Shown in pieces: positions 27,978 through 37,849 of a DNA stretch of 64,000 bases. Every line of letters starts with the position of its first letter. Position 1 is the first letter of the stretch. Below the pieces are notes generated by a model. That model was not told where the DNA came from and did no database searches. It worked only from the letters and a program-made list of their open reading frames with translations. A program made the position numbers and the translations under genes. Origin of the DNA: Planctomycetaceae bacterium. GTDB taxonomy: Bacteria; Planctomycetota; Planctomycetia; Planctomycetales; Planctomycetaceae. The stretch is from positions 21,069 to 85,068 of the forward strand of contig DNUF01000128.1 of NCBI GenBank assembly GCA_003508595.1. Reading direction: 5' to 3'.

Positions 27978-28020
27978 GTGGACTGTCGAACGTCCCAACA
28001 CCTTGTGTAAAGGTGTCCAC
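27978..28020. promoter_or_regulatory. nested inverted repeat upstream of the WYL regulator (candidate operator)
   Basis: Outer arms GTGGAC (27978-27983) and GTCCAC (28015-28020). Inner perfect arms ACACCTT (27998-28004) and AAGGTGT (28010-28016). It lies 39-81 nt upstream of the WYL start. Confidence 0.35.
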
Positions 28021-28391
28021 GAGAAGCGCCCCTGTCAACTGATTTTCACAGAATTCCCTGTCGGGACGGCAATCTGGACCAGGCAACAAGAACGGCCCCG
28101 CGTCGTGACGCATGTCCCTCTCCCCGTGGTGGCGAGCAGGATGCCATGCCCGCCGAGCGATCGTCGGCTGGTAAAACACTCAGCCGCGACAGCGGGGATG
28201 ACGGGCCGATCAAAACCGAACTTCCTGTTTTGAGAAAAGCGGTCGGTTGACACCCCGGGGACTGGTCCCCCGCAGGTGACCCGGCGACAATCGGGACTCG
28301 TCGGCGGAATTGCCCCGATCGCGCTCCCGGGGCAACACCGTCGTGTCGACCAGCCCTTTTTTGAATGCACAACCCGCCCTGCCCGAACTCC

Positions 28392-29402
28392 ATGTCCGAA
28401 ACGAAGCGCAAGCCCATCGTCACTGTCCAGCAGCACATCCTGCAGGATCAATGCAAGTTCCCCGGTGCCTCGGGGGAATTCTCCTGGCTTTTGTCGGGAG
28501 TCACCCTGGCCACGAAGATGATCCAGGCAAAGGTGCAGCGGGCGGGGCTCAGTGACATTCTGGGCGAACATGGCGCCATCAATGTGCAGGGTGAGATTCA
28601 GCAAAAGCTCGACGTCTATGCCAACGACGTCCTGCACCACAATCTCAGCGTGCGCGAGAGCATCGGGATTCTCGCATCGGAAGAGAACGAGACTCCCATC
28701 ACCATCCAGCATGCCACCCCCAATGCCAAGTATGCTGTGATCTTTGACCCCCTTGACGGGTCGTCGAACATTGATGTCGGGGTTGGGGTCGGCACCACCT
28801 TCTCAATTCTCCGCCGACCCGAGAATGCCGATTACCATGATGTCGAACAGTGGCTGATGCAGCCGGGGACACGCCAGGTCGCAGCGGGATACGTCGTCTA
28901 TGGCTCCTCCACGATTCTCGTCTACAGCGTGGGGCGTGGAGTGCATGGATTCACCCTCGACCCGGCCATCGGGGCCTTCGTCCTGTCGCACGAAGACATC
29001 AAGATGCCCTCGCAGGGGAAGTATTACTCGGTCAACGAGGCCAATGTGGATTCGTTCCCCACCGGCTACCAGGCGTTCGTCCGGAATCTCCGACAGGGTC
29101 TGAATGGGAAACGCTACTCATCGCGCTACATTGGATCGATGGTGGCCGACGTCCACCGGACTCTGCTCAAGGGGGGCGTCTTTCTCTACCCTCCAACAGC
29201 CGACAATCCGGGGGGAAAACTGCGTTTGCTGTACGAGGCCAGCCCAATGGCCTTCCTCGTCGAACAGGCGGGGGGAATCGCCACCGATGGCCGGCAGCGG
29301 ATCCTCGACATTCAACCGCACAGCATCCACGAGCGCACTCCCCTGGCCCTCGGCAGCCGGGTTGAAATGGAAGAACTGCAGCGCTGTCTCGCCAGCGCTT
29401 AG
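28392..29402 (+). CDS. fbp: fructose-1,6-bisphosphatase class 1
   Basis: 336 aa from ATG 28392. The motifs SEENE, FDPLDGSSNID, GYVVYGSST, YSVNE and RYIGSMVADVHR are typical of class 1 FBPase. Confidence 0.9.
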   Translation: MSETKRKPIVTVQQHILQDQCKFPGASGEFSWLLSGVTLATKMIQAKVQRAGLSDILGEHGAINVQGEIQQKLDVYANDVLHHNLSVRESIGILASEENETPITIQHATPNAKYAVIFDPLDGSSNIDVGVGVGTTFSILRRPENADYHDVEQWLMQPGTRQVAAGYVVYGSSTILVYSVGRGVHGFTLDPAIGAFVLSHEDIKMPSQGKYYSVNEANVDSFPTGYQAFVRNLRQGLNGKRYSSRYIGSMVADVHRTLLKGGVFLYPPTADNPGGKLRLLYEASPMAFLVEQAGGIATDGRQRILDIQPHSIHERTPLALGSRVEMEELQRCLASA

Positions 29403-29515
29403 GCGGCTGAAGAGCGGTTGGGAAATGACTGTGTCCGTTTCGTGATGCCAGCCCGCCAGGTCATCGCGCCAGCTTCTTTTCCGATCTGGTGGAATTCTCC
29501 CGGTAGCGGCACGGC

Positions 29516-31231
29516 TCAGCGCTGTGTTTCGACGGCTGTGGGAGAAACAACCGGTTGGGCTCGGCGCGACACTGGCGCGGGGGGATCTCCCGCAAACTCG
29601 GCGATGATCAGCAGGCACTGGCAGGCAATCACCGCCAGCACACCCCACAGCAGCGTGCGATGGACGGCTCGTGCCACGTCCTGTTCCGACGTCGCCGGTG
29701 CATGTCCGAAGAGTGCCGCCAGCGTCCCCGCGAGAAACCCCGAAGCGACCACCTTCGCCACGAGAAACGAGAACCAGTGCGGGGCCAGCTTGACCCCCGA
29801 GAGCATCAGGTTGAGCGCCAGTCCCAACGGGGCCCCCTGGTGCCCTGCCGAGTAGACCAGGGCGGCCATCAACAGCCCGGCCGCCAGCGATGCTCCGGTC
29901 GCGAGACCCATGCAGAGAACCTGCGCCGCGACTGCGGGCACCAGCGCGAAACTTTCCAGCCTCCAGCGTGCCAGGGCCAGCGTCTCCAGCAGTCCCGACC
30001 GGACCGCCGAGGCCAGCCGGGCCGCCTGGGCCGCCCCCAGCTTCGTCGCGACCAGCCCGCAGGCTCCCAGCGGCAACACCACCCGCACCAGGGTGTGCCC
30101 GGTCGCCCGCAGGATCTCGGGCAACAGCAGCGGCTCCACCAACTCGGGACGCGGCGTCTGCTCAAAGATGAAAAATGCCACCGTCCCCGCCACCAGGACG
30201 CATCCGGTCAGCGTGAACAGCAGCGTCCCGGGTGACAGGACGTCTCCGGCCACCTGCCGTCCCAGGGCCCACGGCTGACGGATCCCCAACAGGCCCCAGG
30301 CCAATGCCAGGGGAGAGAGCATCAATCCTCCCAGCATCTGCAGGGCCCGGCTCGCAGACTCCCCACCCCACATCCACCAGCCGGCCGGCCCTGACCGCGG
30401 CACAAACTGCAGGCTGCTGACCGCCACCACCTGCCGCACCCGCCCCTCCTCGAGGGGACATTCCAGGATTCTCACCCCGGCAGGGACCTCTCCCCCTTCC
30501 GGAAACACCTGGTCGAGCGCTTCGGGCACAAACCATTGCGGCTCGTGCGTGATCACGATCACAATCGACTCGCGGCGGTCGGCCAACTCCAGCAACTCGC
30601 GCCCCAGTGCCCGGGCCGCCCGCGGATCGAGCCCGGCTGTCGGTTCATCCGCCAGTACCACCGGCGGCGGTCCCTCGCCGGTATGCCGGGGGAGCAAACC
30701 CCGTACGGCTGAATAACGAATCCGCTCTCCGCCCGACGCCCTGGCGAGTGTGTCGGGCAAGCCCGGCAGGTGAAACCGCCCGGTCAACTCCCCCGCCGCC
30801 CGCAGGGCTTCGTCAGGACCCAGGTGCGAAAACAACCGCAGGTTGTCGGCCGCCGAGAGTCCGTCGATGAAACCAAGCCGCTCGGCCTGGGGCAAAAAAG
30901 CCATCAGCTCGCGCGATTCGGGGTGATAGCCAGCGCTGCTCCAGACAGGACAAGGGTTTCCGCCGGGATGCAGCGTGATCTCACCAGCACACGGAATCCG
31001 CGGATCCGCCAGTTCACCAAACCCCAGCAGCGCGCGGGCAAACGACGACTTTCCGCTGCCCGATGGTCCCGAGACCAGGTACAGCCGCCCCACCTGCAGC
31101 GTGCACGCCTCCTGCAATTGCAGCTGACGGTTTCCAAGATCAATCGCCAGACGCTGAACTTCCAGACGCACACCGGCCACCGACGAGCCGCCCGGCGGAG
31201 TGATCTCTTCCTCCTGTTCGGCTCCGGTCAT
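29516..31231 (-). CDS. fused ABC transporter ATP-binding domain and MlaE-like permease
   Basis: Walker A GPSGSGKS, signature-like SGGE and Walker B VVLADEPTAGLD in the N-terminal ~250 aa. The C-terminal ~300 aa are hydrophobic and MlaE-like (KLGAAQAARLASAVRSGLLETLALARWRLESFALVPAV). The start overlaps the upstream stop as ATGA. Confidence 0.75.
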   Translation of the reverse strand: MTGAEQEEEITPPGGSSVAGVRLEVQRLAIDLGNRQLQLQEACTLQVGRLYLVSGPSGSGKSSFARALLGFGELADPRIPCAGEITLHPGGNPCPVWSSAGYHPESRELMAFLPQAERLGFIDGLSAADNLRLFSHLGPDEALRAAGELTGRFHLPGLPDTLARASGGERIRYSAVRGLLPRHTGEGPPPVVLADEPTAGLDPRAARALGRELLELADRRESIVIVITHEPQWFVPEALDQVFPEGGEVPAGVRILECPLEEGRVRQVVAVSSLQFVPRSGPAGWWMWGGESASRALQMLGGLMLSPLALAWGLLGIRQPWALGRQVAGDVLSPGTLLFTLTGCVLVAGTVAFFIFEQTPRPELVEPLLLPEILRATGHTLVRVVLPLGACGLVATKLGAAQAARLASAVRSGLLETLALARWRLESFALVPAVAAQVLCMGLATGASLAAGLLMAALVYSAGHQGAPLGLALNLMLSGVKLAPHWFSFLVAKVVASGFLAGTLAALFGHAPATSEQDVARAVHRTLLWGVLAVIACQCLLIIAEFAGDPPAPVSRRAQPVVSPTAVETQR

Positions 31232-32424
31232 GGTGTCACCGGGCGGTAGAGAATCTCGAGGGCCTGGCCATCAGACCGGGGTTCGATGATCAAGAGCGGT
31301 GCCTCGCTGATGCCCAGGGCCCCCCGCAGGGCATGCGCGAAGACCAGTCGGGGGCCCCCGGCACTGGAGACGAGTCGGCGATTCGTGAAATCGCGGGCAT
31401 ACGACTCGACGGCCCGGACGACCTCGGGTTCGCCAGCCGTCCAGGCGGGAACCACCGCCTGTTCAAACAATCGGGGAGCCCACCGTTCGCGCAGCGTGCG
31501 GACAAACTCTTCCTTGTGTCGACCCAGGACTCCCTCGATCTTCTCAAGGATCGTTCCCTGGTGCTGCTCCCAGAATTCCTGCAATTCGGCGAGGATCGAC
31601 TGACTCAGCCGGGCGCGATCTTCGCCCTCGAGAAACTCGGCCGGCGAACGATCGGGGATGGCGGTGTATCCGAACCCCTGGCGAACCCAGTCCCGCATGT
31701 CTTTCCGGGCATTGTCGGCCCCGGTGATCGCAACCCGCCAGATCCCGCTGGCCACACCCTCCACCCCGACCTCATTCCAGGCCCGTTCCGAAAGGTTCGC
31801 GATCAGCTCATCCTCCAGCGGTGTCAGTTCGCCGCGCAATTCTTCGAGAGCCTCGACCAGCAGTTCACGGTCTCCCTCTTCGAGATTCCAGGCGAGGGTT
31901 TTCACTTCGCGCAGCAGGTTTTCGGTCAGCCTGGGAACCATCTCGCGTTCAACCACCGGCCAGAGCGCATCGCGGGCCTGCAGCGCCTCGTCGAGCGGCG
32001 CTTCGGGGCTGACAATCAGCCGGACCGCCTGCTCAAGCCCGATCGACTCGGGAGCCCCCCGCAACAGGCCACCCGTGGCGAGTTCCTTCCGCGCCTCTTC
32101 GGCCAGCAGAAAATGCAACGTCACCCTCCCGGCCCCGGCAGGTTCAACCCGCACCACCTTTCCCACGATCTCGGGAAGGCCGTCGTCCCGCGACCGGTGA
32201 ATCAGGTCTCCCGGGAGAACTCCCAGGTCCCCGGGGACGTCACAGGTCAGCGGAATCTCGCTGGTTGACGTCCAGGCACCGGCGAATTCTCCCAGTGCCC
32301 GACACGCGTCGGCTGGGGCCGGCTGTCGCAGACCGACCGCCAATCCCCCCACCCCAGCCGCCAATCCCAGCACCCCGGCCCATTGTCGGGCGGTCTGTTG
32401 CCAGCGGTACGAGCGATTCCACAT
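31228..32424 (-). CDS. membrane-anchored protein of unknown function, possibly MlaD/MCE-like at the N-terminus
   Basis: One N-terminal TM (WAGVLGLAAGVGGLAVGL), then a short beta-rich segment (LPGDLIHRSRDDGLPEIVGKVVRVEPAGAGRVTLHFLL), then ~270 aa rich in E/L/R and probably helical. It is translationally coupled to the ABC fusion gene. Confidence 0.55.
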   Translation of the reverse strand: MWNRSYRWQQTARQWAGVLGLAAGVGGLAVGLRQPAPADACRALGEFAGAWTSTSEIPLTCDVPGDLGVLPGDLIHRSRDDGLPEIVGKVVRVEPAGAGRVTLHFLLAEEARKELATGGLLRGAPESIGLEQAVRLIVSPEAPLDEALQARDALWPVVEREMVPRLTENLLREVKTLAWNLEEGDRELLVEALEELRGELTPLEDELIANLSERAWNEVGVEGVASGIWRVAITGADNARKDMRDWVRQGFGYTAIPDRSPAEFLEGEDRARLSQSILAELQEFWEQHQGTILEKIEGVLGRHKEEFVRTLRERWAPRLFEQAVVPAWTAGEPEVVRAVESYARDFTNRRLVSSAGGPRLVFAHALRGALGISEAPLLIIEPRSDGQALEILYRPVTP

Positions 32425-32652
32425 GGGTGCGTTCGGTCGGGGGGAAAAGTGAGAGTTCTGCCAGTCACAGCCGGCGAAGAATCGGTCCGCCAGTCAGCCA
32501 AGCGGGGTCGAAATCCGTTTTCACCAGCCAGCCCGGGAAAACCGCACGGCTGATCGGCAATCAACTGCGACACCGACGATTATTTCAGCGGACGACCAAA
32601 TTCGACAACAGAGATTCCATCGGGACCACACCCCCTGGCCCGCAAACCCTTG

Positions 32653-33135
32653 TTACAACCGTCCCTCTCCAATCAGGACCACACCCGGCTGTTCCGACTG
32701 TCGACACCGGTTCCAGTGCTCTTTCAGACGGGGGAGCTCGTCGGGCTGAAGGATGGCGACATACTCAAGTCCCCAGGCCTTCAGAATCGGTTCCGTGTAG
32801 GTCCGTGCCGAGTCGGTCGCCGCGGGATTGAGCGAACTCCGCCAGCCAACGATCGCAAACAAGGGAAGTTCGTAGTCGAACAGAAAGTTCCGCAGCGCAT
32901 CCCCCGAGTCGAACAGCCCAGTGCATTGCATGATCACGAGTGGCGTCCTGCCACCCAGGTAGAGCCCGGCGGCGATCCCCCACGCCTCCGCTTCGCGGCT
33001 GACGCGGATCAGGTCGATTCCCTGGGCTGCATCCAGCGCCTGTTCCCAGGCTCCCAGGGTACTGTCGGGGAGCCACACGACGTGCGTCACCCCCATGGAC
33101 TGCAGCTCCGCGACCAGCACTTCCCCCGAGAACAT
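32653..33135 (-). CDS. thiamine-diphosphate PYR-domain protein (sulfopyruvate/phosphonopyruvate decarboxylase alpha-subunit-like)
   Basis: 160 aa. VTHVVWLPDST...VSREAEAWGIAAGLYLGG...VIMQCTGLFDSGDAL matches the TPP_enzyme_N / ComD-like pattern, including the catalytic Glu context. Confidence 0.65.
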   Translation of the reverse strand: MFSGEVLVAELQSMGVTHVVWLPDSTLGAWEQALDAAQGIDLIRVSREAEAWGIAAGLYLGGRTPLVIMQCTGLFDSGDALRNFLFDYELPLFAIVGWRSSLNPAATDSARTYTEPILKAWGLEYVAILQPDELPRLKEHWNRCRQSEQPGVVLIGEGRL

Positions 33136-33173
33136 TCCCGTGTCCCCCGTTGTGACTCACAACCAGCCTTCGC

Positions 33174-34640
33174 TCAACCCGGCCAGCGTTCCACCACCAC
33201 CTTGGTTTGTGTGTAGAACTCGACGCCATGCCGTCCTTGGGCGTGGAGGTCCCCCAAAAAACTCGCCTTGGCCCCACTGAAGGGGAAATACGCCATGGGG
33301 GCGGCCACGCCAATGTTGATGCCCACATTGCCCGCCTCGACCTCCTGCCGGAACCGCCGGGCGGCACCTCCGCTGCGGGTGAACAGGCTCGCCATGTTTC
33401 CGTACTCGGCCTGGTTGATCATCGTGATCGCCTCACCCAGGTCGTCGGCATGCATCAGGCTCAACACCGGTCCAAACACCTCGGTCCGGGCAATCTCTGC
33501 CGTCGGCTGCACCCCGTCGAGCACCGTGGGACAGAGAAAGAATCCCTCATCGTCCCCCTCGGCACTGCGGCCCCGACCATCAACCAGGGGGAGCGCTCCC
33601 GACCGGCAACCGGTGTCGATCAGGCTGCTGATCCGCTCGCGGCTCTCCCGGGAAATGACTGGCCCCATTTGGACGCCCGGGGAGGCTCCATAGCCCACCC
33701 GCCGACTCGCCGCCACCTCGCTGATCGCCTCGCGGAATGGTCGGCGGGCTTCCCCCACCGTGATCGCGAGTGATGCGGCCAGACAGCGCTGACCCGCACA
33801 GCCAAACGCACTGTCGGCCACGATCTGCGTTGTCTGCTCGAGGTCGGCATCGGGCAGAATGACCACCGGGTTCTTCGCCCCTCCCTGGCACTGCACCCGC
33901 TTTCCCTGGGCCGCACTGCGGGCATACACCTGCCGGGCCGCCGCCGTCGACCCCACAAACGACACCCCCACCACTCCCGGGTGGTCGATCAACCCCTCCA
34001 CCACTTCGCGTCCCCCGTGCAGCAACTGGGCCACGCCCGGCGGCAAACCGGTCTGCTCCAGCAGTTCAAACAGCAGCACACTGGACCGGGGGACCTTCTC
34101 GCTGGGCTTCAGCACAAAGCAATTGCCGCAGGCGATTGCGTAGGGCAGAAACCAGAGCGGGATCATGGCCGGAAAGTTGAATGGGGTGATCGCGGTCACC
34201 ACCCCCAGCGGCTGCCGGAAGCAGTGTTCGTCAATCCCCGGCGTAATCTGCTCGTTGTTCCAGCCCTGCAGCAGCGTCGGGATGCCGCAGGCGACTTCGA
34301 CATTTTCGATCCCCCGGCGAATCTCGGCGGTCGCCTCTGCGAGGGTCTTGCCGCATTCGTCGGTGATCGTCCGGGCCAGATCATCGATCCGTGCTTCCAG
34401 CAGCGTCTTGAAGCGGTACAGGAATTGCGCCCGGTCATTGGCGGGAACGAATCGCCACTGTCGAAACGCCCGGCGCCCTGCCTCAACGGCCGCATCGACT
34501 TCGGCTCGCGTCGAGAGGGGAACTTCCGCAAGGGTCCGGGCCGTGGCAGGATTCACCACCGGCAGGTACCCCGCACCCGCGGGTGCGTGCCACGTGCCGT
34601 CAATGAAGTTCCGCAACCGTGGTGCAACCCCTGGACTCAT
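33174..34640 (-). CDS. mmsA: CoA-acylating methylmalonate-semialdehyde dehydrogenase
   Basis: 488 aa aldehyde dehydrogenase with FNFPAMIPLW, VLKPSEKVP and GQRCLA (catalytic Cys), plus PMAYFPFSG, which I recognise as MMSDH-specific. Confidence 0.8.
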   Translation of the reverse strand: MSPGVAPRLRNFIDGTWHAPAGAGYLPVVNPATARTLAEVPLSTRAEVDAAVEAGRRAFRQWRFVPANDRAQFLYRFKTLLEARIDDLARTITDECGKTLAEATAEIRRGIENVEVACGIPTLLQGWNNEQITPGIDEHCFRQPLGVVTAITPFNFPAMIPLWFLPYAIACGNCFVLKPSEKVPRSSVLLFELLEQTGLPPGVAQLLHGGREVVEGLIDHPGVVGVSFVGSTAAARQVYARSAAQGKRVQCQGGAKNPVVILPDADLEQTTQIVADSAFGCAGQRCLAASLAITVGEARRPFREAISEVAASRRVGYGASPGVQMGPVISRESRERISSLIDTGCRSGALPLVDGRGRSAEGDDEGFFLCPTVLDGVQPTAEIARTEVFGPVLSLMHADDLGEAITMINQAEYGNMASLFTRSGGAARRFRQEVEAGNVGINIGVAAPMAYFPFSGAKASFLGDLHAQGRHGVEFYTQTKVVVERWPG

Positions 34641-35113
34641 TCCGACACCCGACGGTACTTGCCCGAGTAATACAGCAGCGGGGTCTGCTGTTCCGAGGCT
34701 TCGCCGGCGACAATCTCACCAACGAAGATCTCATGATCTCCGCCGGGCAGCACCGAGTGCAGCCGGCAGTCCACCCAGGCGAGAGCCTTGTCGAGAATTG
34801 GAGCCCCCGTGACGGCGGTCTTCCAGGCGAAGGCCGAGAAGTCTTTCGGTCCGGGCGTTGCAAACCTGCGGGAGGCCTCTTCCTGGTCGACCGCGAGGAT
34901 GTTGACGGCAAAGCTGCCGTTGCGGCGGATGTCGTCGCGGCTGGTCGAGCGGTTGTCGATCGCCACGAGGATCAGCGGCGGGTCGAGTGACAGCGAGGTG
35001 AAGGAACTCACCGTCAACCCGGTGCGGGCGTCCCCTTCCCCGGTGGTGACCACGGTCACTCCCGTGGCGAACTGCCCCATGATCTTGCGCTGCAGCTTGG
35101 AATCGAACGGCAT
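34637..35113 (-). CDS. flavin reductase family protein
   Basis: 158 aa. FATGVTVVTT...GLTVSSFTSLSLDPPLILVAI...GDHEIFVGEI matches the Flavin_Reduct family. Its stop overlaps the mmsA start as ATGA. Confidence 0.85.
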   Translation of the reverse strand: MPFDSKLQRKIMGQFATGVTVVTTGEGDARTGLTVSSFTSLSLDPPLILVAIDNRSTSRDDIRRNGSFAVNILAVDQEEASRRFATPGPKDFSAFAWKTAVTGAPILDKALAWVDCRLHSVLPGGDHEIFVGEIVAGEASEQQTPLLYYSGKYRRVSE

Positions 35114-35171
35114 GGATCGAAATTGGTCTCGCGGAATTCGGAAGGAAGAGACACGACCACAGCAGCCCGCA

Positions 35172-37712
35172 TCATTCGCGGGTCAGGGCTTCGTCGAGAT
35201 TGAGAATCGCCAGGCAGACCGCCGTCAGCGGTGCATGCTCGGCCACGGGAATCGCCCCATCGCGGGGCGCCGACCCGACCTTGAGCAAGGCCTCGGCCTG
35301 GGCCGGGTCCCGTGCCATGATCGCCGCCTGGCGGTCATAGGCCCGCTTCAGCCGGGCCAGGTCGGCTGGTGTGGCAGTCCGGCAGACGACACGCCGAAAC
35401 GCGTTGCCGAGGCGGCCTTCGAGGTCGCCGGCCGCCTTGTAACTCTGCTCGGCCAGCAGCCGCGCCGCTTCCACCCAGGTGGGATCGTTCAGCGTGGTCA
35501 ACGCATGCAGAGGCGTACTTGTCGTGCTCGCCCGCACCCGACAGGTTTGGCGGTTCGACGAGTCAAACATGTTGGTCGGCCCCACCGTTCGTCGCCAGAA
35601 CGTGTAGAGGCTGCGGCGGTACAGATCGCTTCCCTGCGATGCCGGGTAAGTGAAGTCCCGTTCCTTGGTGATCGCAAGTGCTTCCCAGACCGCATCGGGC
35701 TGATAGGGATAGACAGGCACACCGCCGATTCGTCGATCGAGAACTCCCGCCGAGGCCAGGGCCCAGTCTCGCAGCAGCAGCGACGGCATCCGGAAACGGC
35801 TGGCACGGGCATACAGACGATTCTCGGCATCCCGGTTGCGCAACTCGGGCGAGAACCGGCTTGATTGCCGGTAGGTGGCACTGGTGACAATCAACCGGTG
35901 CATCCCCTTCTGGCTCCAGCCCCGCTCGCGGAACTCCACCGCCAGCCAGTCGAGCAAGTCGCGGTACAGCGGGTATTCACTCTGCACGCCGAAGTCCTCC
36001 GACGTCTTCACCAACCCCGCCCCAAAAAAGTGCTGCCACATCCGGTTGACCTGCACACGGGCCGTCAGGGGATGCTGCGGTGAGACCAGCCACTGTGCCA
36101 GTCCCAGCCGATTGGCCGGGCTGCCGTCCGGTCGGGCCGGCAGGAACGCCGGGGTCGAAAACTCCACCTTCTCCAGCGGATTGAGATACTCGCCGCGATC
36201 GAGAATGCGGGTTTCCCGAGGCTGCGCATCGCTCATCACCATGACGCGGGGCATCTGGTCGGCACGGTAGCCATTCAACTGCCCCCGAACCTGGTCGGCC
36301 CGGGCGAGGACCGGCAACTTGCCGGCCAACCCCCCGCGGATCTTTTCGTCGAAATGCTTCCGCAGCCCCGGTTCGATCGATGTCTTCTCGTCGTCGGTCC
36401 GCTCTCCCTCAGGCTTCTTCAGGATTGCGGCCAACGGGTCGGGCAAGCCCTTTCCTTCCCCAGGTTTGCCGTCGGCAAACAACCCGGACCGCCATCCTTC
36501 AAACGCAGCGTCGGCAATGGGCTTCGCCGCCGCCTCGGCCTCGGCAATCTGCTTTTCGAAGTCGGCAATCCGCGCCTTGTTCTCTTCCGAGGGGACCTCG
36601 ACAAAGGGGGGTGCCACACGAATCCGCGACGAGAAATACTGCGGGACTCCCGATTCGGGCAACCGGTTGAACGCATCCATCAGGCTGTAATAGTCACGAC
36701 GGGTAATCGGGTCGTACTTGTGGTCGTGGCACTGGGCACACGCCATCGTCAGGCCCAGCCAGGTGGTCGCAGTGGTGTCGATCCGGTCGAAAAGGATCAC
36801 AAACCGCTGCTCTTCGGGAATCGCCCCTCCTTCTCCGTTCAGCAGGTGGTTGCGGTTGAAGCCGCTGGCAATCTTCTGGTCGAGTGTCGCATCCGGCAGC
36901 AGGTCCCCCGCCAGTTGCCAGGTGGTGAACTTATCAAACGGGAGATCGCTGTTCAGGGCCCGCACCACCCAGTCGCGCCAGATCCATTGCCAGGTGTCGC
37001 CATCCTGCTGGAAGCCATTGCTGTCGGCATACCGCGCGGCATCGAGCCAGGGGAGCGCCATCCGCTCGCCGTAGTGCTGGCTCGAAAGCAAACGGTCCAC
37101 CAGGTTTTCATACGCCAGCGGATCGCGGTCGGCGACAAACTGGTCGACTTCGGCGGGTGTGGGAGGGAGCCCCGTCAAATCGATCGACAGGCGCTTGATC
37201 AGTGTGGGTCGGTCGGCTTCCACAGCGGGCTGCAGCCCTTCGGCTTCGAGCCGGGCGAGCACGAAGCGATCAAGCGGCGTGCGCGCCCAATCTCCCCTTT
37301 GAACCGCTGGTTCCGGCGGACGGACCGGCGCGACAAACGCCCAGTGGTCGAGATACTCCCCCCCTTCGCGCACCCAGCGTTCGAGCAATTCCTTCTGAAC
37401 ATCGGTCAGCCGCCGGTTGGAATTGGGGGGCGGCATCAACTCGTCTGGATTGGTCGAGCGAATCCGCTGAATCAGCTCGCTGGCGTCGAGATCACCCGGG
37501 ACGAGTGCCTTCTTGGCGACAGCATCATCGCGGCGATCGAGGCGCAGATCGGCCTGCCGCTTGTTGCCATCCTGACCATGGCAATAGAAGCAGTTCTCCG
37601 ACAGGATCGGGCGGATGTCGCGGTTGAAATCGAGGCGGGGCTCGGCAGCCGTGAGCCAGCCGGGGGTCATCCCCAGCAGCAGCACCGGCCACAGGCGGAA
37701 CAGGGAAGGCAT
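35172..37712 (-). CDS. PSCyt1 (CxxCH) + DUF1549 + DUF1553 domain protein
   Basis: Signal peptide, heme-type CFYCHGQD, then CAQCHDHKYDP and a DUF1553-like C-terminus. I used the ATG at 37710-37712; the ORF track starts at GTG 37727. Confidence 0.85.
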   Translation of the reverse strand: MPSLFRLWPVLLLGMTPGWLTAAEPRLDFNRDIRPILSENCFYCHGQDGNKRQADLRLDRRDDAVAKKALVPGDLDASELIQRIRSTNPDELMPPPNSNRRLTDVQKELLERWVREGGEYLDHWAFVAPVRPPEPAVQRGDWARTPLDRFVLARLEAEGLQPAVEADRPTLIKRLSIDLTGLPPTPAEVDQFVADRDPLAYENLVDRLLSSQHYGERMALPWLDAARYADSNGFQQDGDTWQWIWRDWVVRALNSDLPFDKFTTWQLAGDLLPDATLDQKIASGFNRNHLLNGEGGAIPEEQRFVILFDRIDTTATTWLGLTMACAQCHDHKYDPITRRDYYSLMDAFNRLPESGVPQYFSSRIRVAPPFVEVPSEENKARIADFEKQIAEAEAAAKPIADAAFEGWRSGLFADGKPGEGKGLPDPLAAILKKPEGERTDDEKTSIEPGLRKHFDEKIRGGLAGKLPVLARADQVRGQLNGYRADQMPRVMVMSDAQPRETRILDRGEYLNPLEKVEFSTPAFLPARPDGSPANRLGLAQWLVSPQHPLTARVQVNRMWQHFFGAGLVKTSEDFGVQSEYPLYRDLLDWLAVEFRERGWSQKGMHRLIVTSATYRQSSRFSPELRNRDAENRLYARASRFRMPSLLLRDWALASAGVLDRRIGGVPVYPYQPDAVWEALAITKERDFTYPASQGSDLYRRSLYTFWRRTVGPTNMFDSSNRQTCRVRASTTSTPLHALTTLNDPTWVEAARLLAEQSYKAAGDLEGRLGNAFRRVVCRTATPADLARLKRAYDRQAAIMARDPAQAEALLKVGSAPRDGAIPVAEHAPLTAVCLAILNLDEALTRE

Positions 37713-37849
37713 CGCGAGGCGGGTCACAGTCTCAGGCTCCAGAATGGGGCAAAGGCCACCCGGATTCTACCTCCCCGGGGACCGCGGGCGACAGGCTGCC
37801 GTCCCGAAATTGAGACTTCCGCTGTTGCAACAGCCCGATTGTCCACAGG

